A stretch of DNA of 63,128 bases, counting the filler, from Reticulomyxa filosa (Eukaryota; Protista; Foraminifera), in the NCBI GenBank assembly GCA_000512085.1. It is 14 parts of 14 records of this genome, joined end to end, with 100 filler letters (N's around TTAATTAATTAA, not from the genome) between each part and the next. Parts side by side here need not be neighbours in the genome. Positions count along the whole stretch, not along the records: positions 36,545 to 40,621 come from ASPP01020603.1; positions 40,722 to 42,451 come from ASPP01012785.1; positions 42,552 to 44,150 come from ASPP01033210.1; positions 44,251 to 47,356 come from ASPP01043853.1; positions 47,457 to 48,950 come from ASPP01026094.1; positions 49,051 to 53,885 come from ASPP01029322.1; 8 more parts are not named here. The stretch is one strand, 5' to 3'. Below, piece after piece: positions 38,314 through 49,847 of this stretch (position 1 is the stretch's first letter; every line of letters starts with the position of its first letter). Both the position numbers and the translations under genes were made by a program. A model generated the notes under the pieces. That model worked only from the letters and a program-made list of their open reading frames with translations. It searched no databases and was not told the origin of the DNA.

Positions 38314-40585
38314 TTATGTGTAAATATAGATGGAGGCATTATTGGGGTCTCTGCTAAAGTACTCTCTATTGATTAACTCGGCAATTCTTTCATGGATTTG
38401 TTCAGGTTGGGGATAGAAGCGATACGTTAACTGTTGAATGACCTCGCCAATTAATTGGGGATGTTCAAGTCTTTTACGTGCCTTCATAATCCGTACTAGA
38501 CAAGCATCAATCAAGAGTTTTCTTTCATTTATCACCGCAGAATTATTTTCTTGTCTATCTTCATTTGTGATCCGTTTGACACCTGTGGGAATACGGATCA
38601 TTCGTCGTGACGGATTAAAAGCTTTGTTGACACAAATGCTTTTTTTTTTTTTTTTTAATGTATACGTAATATTAATATATCTTTTTGCTGTGTATATGCA
38701 CATCAACAAAAAAAAATATATATATATATATAAAAAAGGTTACGAAACGTATCTTCCGGCTTATATCCTTTGGATGGCTGCTTTAAGAGAATGGGGAATT
38801 GTCGAGAACACAAAGGCTTGAGTTGTGACTTGACAAGATTGGGGTCACAGTTTAGCATCTTGGTGACATCGATGATGCGAATGGACTCGATCTGATTGAA
38901 GATCAACAATATGCATCCTTGCAAGACACTGACTTGCAAAGTGACCATTTTATCACTTTCGGGGAAATAGCTGTTGATTTCCAAAGAGCTCAAGTCGTGT
39001 AACCACGACAGCTTGCGCTTCTCAAACAAACTGGAAAAGTATTCCTCAAATACTTTGATACCATATTGCATCGAACGCGGAAGCGTTATACCCAAGCTGG
39101 GAAAATTGGGCCAAAATCCACACGTCAAAACATGTGGCTCAAATTCATACGGTAACTCACGTCGATGATCTTTCATATACCGTTCAAACTTGCCGCCATG
39201 TTCTACACTACGTTCCATGTCTTTTAGCATGCCTTCCAATTTCGATGTGAATTGTGCACCACAACGGAGCTTTTATATATGTAATGTATATATATATATA
39301 TAAACAAATATGTATATATTTACTGTTTTGTGTATTTTGAGACAGTTGAGACGACACAACTTTAAGTTTGGTGACAAAGTGCTTTTCGGCATGATCGTTG
39401 ACGGATTTTTTGGTCAACAGTCGCTTCGCTAGTAACTGTTTGTAAAACTCTAAGAATACATCTTTGTCATTGACATAAGCAAATACTTTGACAATTTGAT
39501 CTAATTGTTGAAACAGTTCATTTTCCGACGTCAATTTGTTCCCACTGTCTTTGCGTAACAAATAGTCGGTGTGCGCTGCCAACAGTTCTTGTATACTAAG
39601 GCCTCCGTTCAATGGACGATTCACAATATGTGTATAACCCTTTTTTTTTTTTTAAAAAAAAAAAAAAAAGGAGTATATATCGAGACATGTTTTTTTTTTT
39701 TTTAAATTAATTAAAAAAAAAAAAAAAAGGCAAAACAAAACATCTTTGAGTGCTTTATTGAAATGAGGGTGATTCTTAAAGCAAGTGGTAATCATAGAAT
39801 CATGCAAAGTGTACAAAGCGGTTAAACGGGACACCAATTGGTCCGATGTCTTTTCCTCGACACATTGACGAATAAGTTCGTCTCCTTCATGTTGCATCCT
39901 TTTGCAAACTAGTTTGGCAATGAATGGCAATCGACTGGGGACCAATGAATACAAATGATACAATCGATGCAAATCCTCTTTCGATTGATTGGCTACCATC
40001 GCATATACGCCACTCCGTTCCTGCTTCAGTAACTTTGTCTGCGGTCCTACCAGCAGTACCGCATATAGCGTCTTCAGCAGTTTCTCATGTGTCGAATGAT
40101 GAAGATATGCAAATTCGCGTTCTTGTTCTTCAATCATTACTCTTTCCGCCTTTTATATATATACATATATATGTATACATATATATGATATGTGAGCGTG
40201 AAAGAAACATATCCCTCTCTCTCTCTCTCTTCAGCGATGGTTAACACTTTTTTGTTATTGTTAATGATTATTGTTGTTGTTGCTGTTATTATTTATTATT
40301 GTGACAAACTTGCTTCAAATAAGCGGCGCAGTCAAATGACTCCAGCCATTGACTGGAGAGCTGTAAGTAATACTGCTGGGTTTCGTCGAGATACCCCTTT
40401 TCAAATTCTTTGTAACCGCCCATTTGGTTTTTGTATTTGATCGGCACATTTTTGTAAATCTGGCTATGTGTGTCCTCACCCGCGCCGTTGTTATGAGCGT
40501 CTTGGATTTGTTGTTTCATTGCCATGCTGTTGCTTGCGTCAATGAACATCTTCACAAAGTCTTTGATCACTCCTCGATTTTCCAT
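38314..40585 (-). CDS. CUL1: cullin (CUL1-like), 5'-truncated, multi-exon
   Basis: YVNDKDVFLEFYKQLLAKRLL, EGMLKDM, VLTCGFWP, KRKLSWLHDL, and IDACLVRIMKARK (neddylation Lys) ... LINREYFSRD. Confidence 0.92.
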
Positions 40586-41513
40586 TATTTCAAGATGGCT
40601 ATTATTATAATTATTGTTATTNNNNNNNNNNNNNNNNNNNNNNNNNNNNNNNNNNNNNNNNNNNNTTAATTAATTAANNNNNNNNNNNNNNNNNNNNNNN
40701 NNNNNNNNNNNNNNNNNNNNNTTTTTTTTTTTTTTTTATGTTGCAAAATACGCAAATAAAATTGCAAAAAAAAAAAAAAAAAAAATTGTGACACTAACAT
40801 ACAACACAACATAACTTAATTGTGCAAACAAAACTGACAGGACTTTTGTATGCTTTACCCACGCCGTTGCCGAAATATGTGTCGGGTCTATTGCCCAAAG
40901 GTATATGAAATCATTTGTCGATGCCCCTGCCCTTCCTATGAAGACCAGAAATTTGAAATAACTGAACGGTTTGCGGACAGACGCATCACTACGATCAATG
41001 CTGACACCGCCCCGCAAACTGAAATGCAAATGACAACGTAACATTGCAAACGATCACAGGAAGTGATCATTTGTTTCTATGTGGATCAAAAAAAAAAAAA
41101 AAAATTGAGAATTGGGAAAAAAAAAAAATTAGCTAATGAAACGATCACGTTTGTGTGTATTTCAAAATTTTTGTTTCGTGAAACATTTACCATATATATA
41201 CTACTTTTGTAATATTTTTTGTTGGTTTATTTGCCAGTGTTGTTGATGGTTTCAACCGTTAATATTTTTTCCTTCTAAAAAAAAAAGTGGCCACTGCGTG
41301 ACATTTCCATATAATTGTGAGAAAGTTGTACAATCTTTAAAAAAAAAAAAAGTGCATTTTTTTTTCCTCTCATCCAACTAATTTTCTCAAATCCTTGAAA
41401 GTTACCTGTTGAAAAGGTATTTAATAATTGAAAACAATAATAAAAAAGCTAAAAGTTCAAACACCAGCGAATTGGGAAGGAAAAAAAAAACTACCAATTC
41501 AAAATGTCAAAGA

Positions 41514-42400
41514 CTATTCTTTAGGCCTTTTGGTACGAATCTCCGGATTTAATGCGCAAGTGTCAGCAGTGTGGTTGTACTCTTTGGAAATAGGAAACAG
41601 ACACCATTTGCACAATGCATCTAAAAAATGTTGATCGATTTTTGTTCTATCAATCGACTCTTGAACAACGATCGTCACCTTTAATGTTTGGGCTCGACTT
41701 TGATCACAATGTTCAGTAGAGGTCTTATTACTGTTGTTATTAGTTGTGCCACTAGTAATACTATTAGTAGTTGCATTAGTAACAATAACAGTAGTATTCG
41801 TGTTACCTCCGTTCTTTGTCCTATGTTCCAAGTTTGGATTATTTTTAACGTTTATGTGTACATATAATATACATTTACATATATATATATATATATGTAT
41901 ATTTCTGTTATAAATCAATTTTAAAATACATACACAACAAACACAAATACATAAACTCGCACTTCTTTTTTGGTGACTCTTTTCGTGCATCTTTTTCTTT
42001 TTTTGCGAGCTTTTTGGTCTTAGGTGTAGTATTCTTTTTACTCTTTTTTTGGATCTTCTTTGCACTTTTCTTTTTCGTTTGATCAACCTTAACCTGAGGC
42101 TCGGCCTCATCTTGATTGGATTCTCTTTTATGTCTGCTCTTTATTTCTTTCGTCTTTTCCACTTTTGTCTTGTTGATTTTAGTCTTTTCCTTTTTTCTAA
42201 AACAATACCCAAAAAATTAATTTATATACACATGCATATGCATGTAAATATGTGTGTATACATATTTGTACGCATAAAAAAGAAAAAGGTCTACACAAAC
42301 TTACTTGTGAGATTTGTTGGTGGTACTTTTTTCCTTTTTTCGGGTTTTGCCATTTGGTTTACTACTAATATAATTATATGTGATTGCAACCTCGCATGAA
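41514..42400 (-). CDS. Lys-rich uncharacterised gene, 3' fragment
   Basis: Exon-like ORFs 42162-41908 and about 41850-41514 separated by TA-repeat introns. Confidence 0.35.
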
Positions 42401-43149
42401 ACACTAAAGAGTTGACATATTTGTACCGACTCCAAAAAAAAAAAAAAAAAANNNNNNNNNNNNNNNNNNNNNNNNNNNNNNNNNNNNNNNNNNNNTTAAT
42501 TAATTAANNNNNNNNNNNNNNNNNNNNNNNNNNNNNNNNNNNNNNNNNNNNTATTTGATTGCAAGTATTTAACGCTTGCCTCACATTTTTTGATTTAAAA
42601 ATTTATCTTTTTTGTGTGAATTGTGCTTTTTTTGAATTTTTCTTTTGATGATAATTTTAATTCCCACTCCAGCTCAATTGACTTCTTTATAGCCAAATCA
42701 TACTCATCGTAAAAAATTTTTGCACTTTAATATTTTAAATCTAAAGGAAAGCGTGTTAGACTGTGCGGAATAGGGATTGATTCTTGTCACTGTTGGGAAA
42801 AAAGACTTGGGGTGGTGTTATGTAGGAGTAGATGAAAAAAAGAATACGTATAACATGAAGATAATAAAGACAATTGCGAGAAAGAAAAAGAAAAGAACTT
42901 GCATTGCAAACGTTTTTGTATCATAACCAATGTAAGAGAAAACGTATTTTCCTCCATGTTTGATTTTTTTTTTTCATTTTTCAAAGGCCTCGCTGCAATT
43001 ACAATTGAAAATATTGATAAAGCAACGAAAAAAACATTAGAAGATTTAAGTCGTTGTTATTATTTTTGTATATTGTAGCTGGTGGCATGGGCTGTACATA
43101 TTTTTTTTCGTCACTATTTAAAAAAAAAATATTCACGGGTTCAGTTCAC

Positions 43150-44150
43150 TTTCACCAATACTTTGAAGGTGTTGCCTCAATAATATTGGACGTACACATT
43201 ATTTTCAATTTTCTAGCATCTCTCCAATCTCGAAAGGGTTTACCTTGATGCGCATAGCGTTTTATCAAGAAAGTGGATTGTGTACTAATTCCGCATCATA
43301 AACATCGTGATGAATGATATCGTTATTATTTTCCCATGATTTCGGCGTAAGACATGCCTTAAAAGTTCCATATGTGAGATATTCATTTAATCGGTAATAC
43401 AAGCACAGCGCCGAAGTCGATTGTGTGTGTAATTCAAATGCACTGGGATCTTCACTTGCACGAAAAAGGACACCAGTGTTTATTATTTTGCCTTTTTTTT
43501 TTAAAAAAAAAAGGGTTTATTATTTTTTTAAAAAAAGTGATAGTCGAACCGTTTCTATAAAACAATTGCCCCTTTTTCTTTGGAAAAAAACGAGACCATT
43601 TCGAAATTTTTCTAAATATCTGTTCTCTCTCCCTTTCATCCGCGATGACAACATTTTTGCTATAATGCTTTCCTTCCAAATCAAATACGAATTTGCCAGT
43701 GTTTACTGTTGGGGACAGTGTTTCGTTCATCAATAACCCGCCACCGTATATGAGTACATCTTTGATTAAAAGACCATGTCCATGAAGGGACTCCTTCCAA
43801 TATTGTTGCATTGTATTTTTTTTAAAAGTTTCAAAAAAACTTGTAGTGAGAGCCCTTATTCGACAACCCATCACAACTCATGATATTGACATTCGTTATA
43901 TGAATCATCAACGACTTAGCAGTGTCCAAATAAATTGAAGCAATATTGTGATGTATAATTTTGAAAAACTGAAGCGACGATAAGGTGTTAGGCGACGACA
44001 ATCTACCATTTTTGCAACGTACAACAAATAACTCCTTTTCAACAAGGACTATCCAATACTGGAGATTGTCCGCCATGTTGTATATGTAAAACGTCTCGTG
44101 GTGATTCAAATTCTCCTTATCTGTCGTTACCTCACTGATCATTCCCAAGT
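43150..44150 (-). pseudogene. heavily degenerate pseudogene, possibly an XRN1/XRN2 5'-3' exoribonuclease
   Basis: Frame-shifted fragments ILEGVPSWTWSF (cf. XRN YY.GVPSW.W.YP) followed by KFVFDLEGKHYSKNVVIADERE (cf. F..DLNGKK..W..V.LLPF.DE) in the expected order. Confidence 0.33.
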
Positions 44151-44844
44151 NNNNNNNNNNNNNNNNNNNNNNNNNNNNNNNNNNNNNNNNNNNNTTAATT
44201 AATTAANNNNNNNNNNNNNNNNNNNNNNNNNNNNNNNNNNNNNNNNNNNNAAAAAAAAGTGGTTTGCTTTTCACAGCGTACACTTCGCAAAAAAAATGAG
44301 TTTTTTGCTCGGATGCTGTGCATCTTTCAATAAAAGAAAAAAGAAATGGGGTAAGGCCCCCCGTCTCCGCAAGGAGAAATCATGGTTTGTTAAATCTATT
44401 TTTTTTTTTTGTTGACATTATCAATTTGATGTGCTTTTTCTATTACAGCCGCAGCCCTCTATCAAAAAAAATAAAATATGTATACGTTCCCTACCTCCAA
44501 AGAAAAGCTTCAGGGGTCGAAGCCAAACCAGCATTCAAAAAAAAATAAAAAGGTTTTTTTTTTTATTTTATTTTATTTTTTTTAATAAAAAGTATGTTTG
44601 TGTTTTGAATAGGCATGCCCCCATCAAAAAATTAAAATATTTGTATACTCCCCTCCCTTTGCCAGAAAAAAAAATAATAGGAAAATTGAAATGAGAGCTT
44701 TTAGCTCAAACGCAAAAGTATATTTGTTTTTTGTTTGTTTTTTTTAAATAAAAAATTTACTTTTATGAATGTGCAAATAGGAATCAAGGTCAAATCAAAA
44801 TTTGAAAGTTTTTTTTATTTTTTATTTTTTATGTATATTTTAGA

Positions 44845-45250
44845 GGAAAAAAATAGGTGGGGAAATGATTGGAAAAATATGGGGAAAATTGTTTGGGAAA
44901 AGATGGTGAAATGTTGGGAAAAGATGGGAAAGTAATTGGGAAAATAGGGTGAAAATATGATAAAAATATTGGGAAAATATAGGGAAAATAGTGGAAAAAT
45001 ATGGGAAAAAAGATAAAAATTTTATTTAAGAAAAATATAGAAAAATGCATATAAATTTTATTTAAGAAAAATAAAAAAATTAGAATGGAAAAAATAAAAG
45101 AATGAGAAAAAAAAATGAGAAATGTTGAAAAATTAAAAAAAAAATGGCAATTTGAAAAAAAAAAGATTAAAAAGAGAAAAATAAAAGAGAATAAAAAGAG
45201 AAAAAAGTAAAAGGGAGAAAGGGGTGGAAATGAATAAAGAGAAGAAAGGA
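44845..45250 (+). repeat. purine-skewed degenerate GGGAAAAT(A/T) tandem repeat and low-complexity tract
   Basis: More than 10 GG(G)AAA units and almost no C over about 400 bp. Confidence 0.75.
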
Positions 45251-45299
45251 GCTTGCGTTGGACCTGTTATGATAATTGTTTGTGGCCAGCGCCAAAGTT

Positions 45300-47356
45300 T
45301 GCGCTTTTTTCATGACGTCCGCATAACACTTGTTCGTTGGCGCATGTAGGTCACAGTTCGACGTATTCTTTATCAACACAAAAATTGGGAACTCGTGCGG
45401 AAACGGATTGTGTGCGTACGCACATTAGAAACTTTGAATCTTGGTCATTGCTATGTGGAACGGTTGGACAAGATTCTTTCAGTTCAAGCCCGGAAAGTTG
45501 GCTCTTGCTTTCAGACAATGAAAGAAATCTCAGTGAAAAGAAAAAAAGAAACTGTGGCAATACGCAAAGTAGAAAAGTATGGTGTCGCAACGGCGACGGA
45601 GAAGGAGTGAGAAATAGCTTGCTATCAACATAGATATACAAGAGTCTGGTGCTGTACCAAGTCAATAATTATCCGCAAAGATGGCGTCGAAGTGCGATTT
45701 CAAACTTCAAAGAACAAGAAAAAATCTACTGTTAAGAAAATAGCGCAAATTATTAGTGTTGAAACTGGTATTGTGCGTGCCCACATTCGCGACTTTGAAT
45801 TTTTAATCGTGAGTATGCTGCTGAATGAGGAATCGTTAGTGCCGCCAGAGACGAAAGCAAGTTCGTCAAGAAGAAAAAAAAGGTTGGCATATCGTACGAA
45901 GTGGTGGAGGACTTGTGACGAAACTCCGTTAACACAGTGGCAAGCAAGAAAAAGATGGGTAGGAGAATGATGAATAGAAGAAAAAAAATAGCAAGTACGT
46001 ATTGCTTTGAATTTGTTTTTTTAAATAATTAGTCAGATGAATTTGTTGAGTTTTGCTATAGAATTGTCCTTCATAACTAGAAACGCGCAAAGTCGCCACT
46101 CGCGGGCGTGGACCAACTTCATATATCGCGCCACAATGGAAAACTCTAAATGATCGCGGCAATTTCAAGCAGTAACAGTTCGAAGCATTGTAAAGAGCGT
46201 TGGCATCAACACAAGCGCACAAAAGTTTCTACGGATAATAGTTGGCGCAGCAAAGCACCAAAGAAGGTGTCGAACTGCGATCTATAGGCGCCAATGAACA
46301 TTGAAGACTTGGTCGTTATGAAAATCGCTCTAATTTTGATAACGCAAAGATTGAGCATTCGTGGTCGTGCGCGCACATTCGCAACTTGTGTTTTGGGCCT
46401 TGAGTATACTGATGGGAGAGGCCTTGAGCTCGCGAAACATTGGACATTGTTAATCGGTGAAAAAAAAAGAGAGCTAGTTGTATTTTCCGAGTCAGTCGAT
46501 GCAAAATTTGTGTGCCTTGCGTTTGTCGAACAAACGCATGTTGTCTTTGCCGAATTGCCTCCGTGATCAACTACGTGTTGGGTAGCATTAAAAAAAATCA
46601 AGAAATGGAAGACGAAGAATGAAAGAGCGTGAACATGGTTAAAAAAATAATCGACATTGCGATCGAGTAACAACTACATGGGGAGAATCATCCTATGTAA
46701 GAACGCTTTGCCGAAACTCCAAGACACCGGCAAGAAAGAAGAGAAAGAGGGGGATAATGATGAGAAGAAGAGAAATAATATCAAGCCAATATCAAGTCAG
46801 ATTTGTTTTAAAAAAAAAAAAACAGTTGGCTGGCTTTATTGCAATTTGTTATTGATTTGCCCTTTATGTCTCGAAACGCGCAAAATCGCCACTCGTGGAC
46901 GTATACTAACTTCAAGTAGCCGCCCCCCCCCCCCAATGGAAAGTATAGCAGTGATGGCACGAAGTATTTCAAAGAACTTGTTTACCATCCAACGTAAACA
47001 GACACCAGTTTCTGGTGCTGTGTCACGCCAACAATTAGCGGCAAAGATGGTGTCGAACTTCGAGCTACTGGTGCCAACGAACGAACAATGGAAACTCGGT
47101 CGTAGTGGAAATGGAGCGTCAATTGTATCAACTCAGGACAACAACGAAACTGTCTGTGTGCGTGCGCACATGCGCAAATGTTGGGTTTTGAACCATGAGC
47201 GTGTTTTGATGGGAGAAATGGTAAGCTCGCAGTCAACGTTGATTATTGATAATTGGTGAATAGAGCGAGTTTGTTGCATTTTCTGGCTCAATCACTGCAA
47301 GGGTCGTTTGTCTTGCGTTTGTTGGAACAAATGCATATTATCTTTATCAAACTGCG
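45300..47356. repeat. CpG-rich degenerate tandem duplication, probably a decayed coding repeat
   Basis: The block starting about 46080 aligns with the block starting about 46873 (GAAACGCGCAAARTCGCCACTCG...); the motif GTGCGYRCSCACAT recurs at about 45412, 45773, 46367 and 47158. Confidence 0.6.
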
Positions 47357-47456
47357 NNNNNNNNNNNNNNNNNNNNNNNNNNNNNNNNNNNNNNNNNNNN
47401 TTAATTAATTAANNNNNNNNNNNNNNNNNNNNNNNNNNNNNNNNNNNNNNNNNNNN

Positions 47457-47799
47457 GACATTTTAATTCTGAACATCTTTTAACAGCTGCAGAATAAATA
47501 GCAATGTTTTGAGATGAACTCTCCTTGAGATATTGAAGGATCTCTTTATCAGATTCCATGTTTCGAAGTAACGATCGTTCATGTTGTGATTCAGGGGACG
47601 GTGCTGTTTTTGATAATGCGCCTTGTTGTCCCTGTAGCTTTTTCATGTATTGAGTCATTTGATGCTGTTCGTTCAGTTTGATTTGATGTGGGTTGGATTG
47701 ACGAAGTTGTCTTATAAGAATACAAGGAATGAGGTTCCAGATTGGTCTCTTGTTTAGCTTTCCTTGTCTAATACCAGCTCTTTTGAGAGTTATGATCAT
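47457..47799 (-). CDS. N-terminus of a PPR-like protein with an Arg-rich, mitochondrial-type leader; truncated by the contig end
   Basis: MIITLKRAGIRQGKLNKRPIWNLIPCILIRQLR...NIAIYSAAVKRCSELK resembles a PPR first helix. Confidence 0.5.
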
Positions 47800-48636
47800 G
47801 TTGTTTTTTTATTATCAATTTTACTACTTGAACTTTTCGAACCCTTTAACTAAAAAATTAATGATGGATTTCAAATTTAAATACATTAATTGAAATTTGT
47901 TGATGCCATTTGTAAAATACTATTTTTGGTGTTCCTTCGTAACAAATAAGTAGGCACTTAATTTTTTGGTAACAATTTGCATTGTTTTAAGCAATTAACA
48001 TCTTTGCCCAAAAATATAATGTTTGGAAATAGTATAACAAGAGGTGTTTAATGTGAATGGCTGATATGATGGAAATTGATTGTTTTGTAATAGAATATTG
48101 CTTGAAAATAATAAGTTCAAGAAAAAGAAAAAGGAAGCAAACAGACTCAATGTCAAAATTTTTGAAAACTGCCTAGAATTTATGATATCATTCTGATTTG
48201 ATTTCCTTCTTTTTGATTGGGATGTTTCATAAATTGTTTAGGACAAATCACTCTTATAGGCTTCTCCCTTTCACGTAACTGCAAGTATCATGTTTTTTAA
48301 CAGAGCATTGATTGTTATTTTCTTTCAAATACTTCATTAAACGTTGTTTGCCAACTATCGGTGTATCTTCTTGATCATCACGCTCATCACAAGTTAATTC
48401 TATTGCATTGTTCGCAATTTGCTTACATAATTTGCTTTGTTTATTCGAAGTTTCTACTCAATCTTTGTTGCACCAGCCTTCTAGCAACAGGCTGTTAAGC
48501 TTTTTTCTTTTTTTTCTATTTGAAACATTAACATACTAAACATTAAATTTGAAATTTTCACTAACTTTTTAGTTAAAAAGTTCCAACAAAAACTAAACTC
48601 AAAGTTCAAGTTTTGAATTGATCATTAAAAAAATAA

Positions 48637-48950
48637 ATGACAACAATGATGATCATAGCTCTTAAAAGAGCTGGTCTTAGACAAAAAGAGCTAAACAAGA
48701 GACCAATCTGGAACCTCATTCCCTGCATTCTCATTAGACGATTTCGTCAACCCAACACATATCAAGCCAGATTGGACGAACAGCACCAAATGACTCAATA
48801 CATGAAAAAGCTACAGGGACAACAGGGTGCATTATCAAAAGCAATAACTTTCCCTGAACACAACATGAGTGATCGTTACTTCAAAAAATGGAATCTGATA
48901 AGGAAGTTATTCAATATCTCAAAATGAGTTCTTCACAAGACATCACTCTC
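48637..48950 (+). pseudogene. inverted paralog of the 47799 gene carrying a frameshift and a nonsense codon
   Basis: 1-nt deletion at about 48859 (GAA-TCA to GAA-CA) and CGA to TGA at 48870 relative to the partner copy. Confidence 0.7.
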
Positions 48951-49050
48951 NNNNNNNNNNNNNNNNNNNNNNNNNNNNNNNNNNNNNNNNNNNNTTAATT
49001 AATTAANNNNNNNNNNNNNNNNNNNNNNNNNNNNNNNNNNNNNNNNNNNN

Positions 49051-49847
49051 GTTTGGGTTTGGGTTTGGGTTTGGGTTTGGATTTGGGCTTGAATATCACG
49101 TTCTGAAATGCCAATCGTTTCGAGCAATTCGTGTAATGAAAGACTCAAATATGATAGAACACCATCCCAAAGAAAATGTTCTTCATCTTCGAATGGAATA
49201 GTATACACATCGATTTCAAATCCATCAATCTTAATATTCTTATAGTTCGAGTCTTTGACATCCCCCACCAACTGAGAGAACTGCTGTGGCTTCCTATTAC
49301 TATCCTTCTCAAAACAATGAGACATAAACATGAAAAGAGTCAAACATTTTCTTTTACATTTTTCGAATGAGTTTTCCGACTTTTTGATTAATTGCGAAAT
49401 CACGTCGTCATTTTTTGTCTTTTTTTTTTTGCACTGTGATTTCACCTTCTCTATGTATTCATTACAATAGAAGAGCTGCTTCTCCAGTAGGAGAAATTCC
49501 ACTGCTGCCAGTTCATAGCAAATCCCTTTCATGTCGCGTCTGGTTCTTGAGCCGTTGTATCTTGTCACACATTCAAATAAATGCTTGTTTGTCTCTTGCA
49601 GATCCGCTTCATTCATTTCATTCTCTTTCATCGCATCTTCAAGACTATCCAAAACATCAAGAAAAGAATTGGTTTCATTAGTGCAATCCTCTTCCAAAGT
49701 ACCCATTCTTTTCGCATTATTCTTTGCACTTCCATGCCATTTCTCTACTTTCTTTTTCAGATTTTTACGCCAAGCTTCATTTCCGGCTGCTTCGAATGCA
49801 AACGTAATGGATTGCAATTGCGGATCTGAACAAGGTGCTTGAGACAT
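49051..49847 (-). CDS. uncharacterised alpha-helical protein, 3'-truncated, with a (QT)n linker
   Basis: Open frame of about 265 codons from MSQAPCSDPQ. Confidence 0.6.

Noticed and set aside
49051-49090. (TTTGGG)n at a contig end resembling a telomere
   Set aside because: It is in frame as a QTQTQT linker within ORF 49847 and grades into QAQIQT codons
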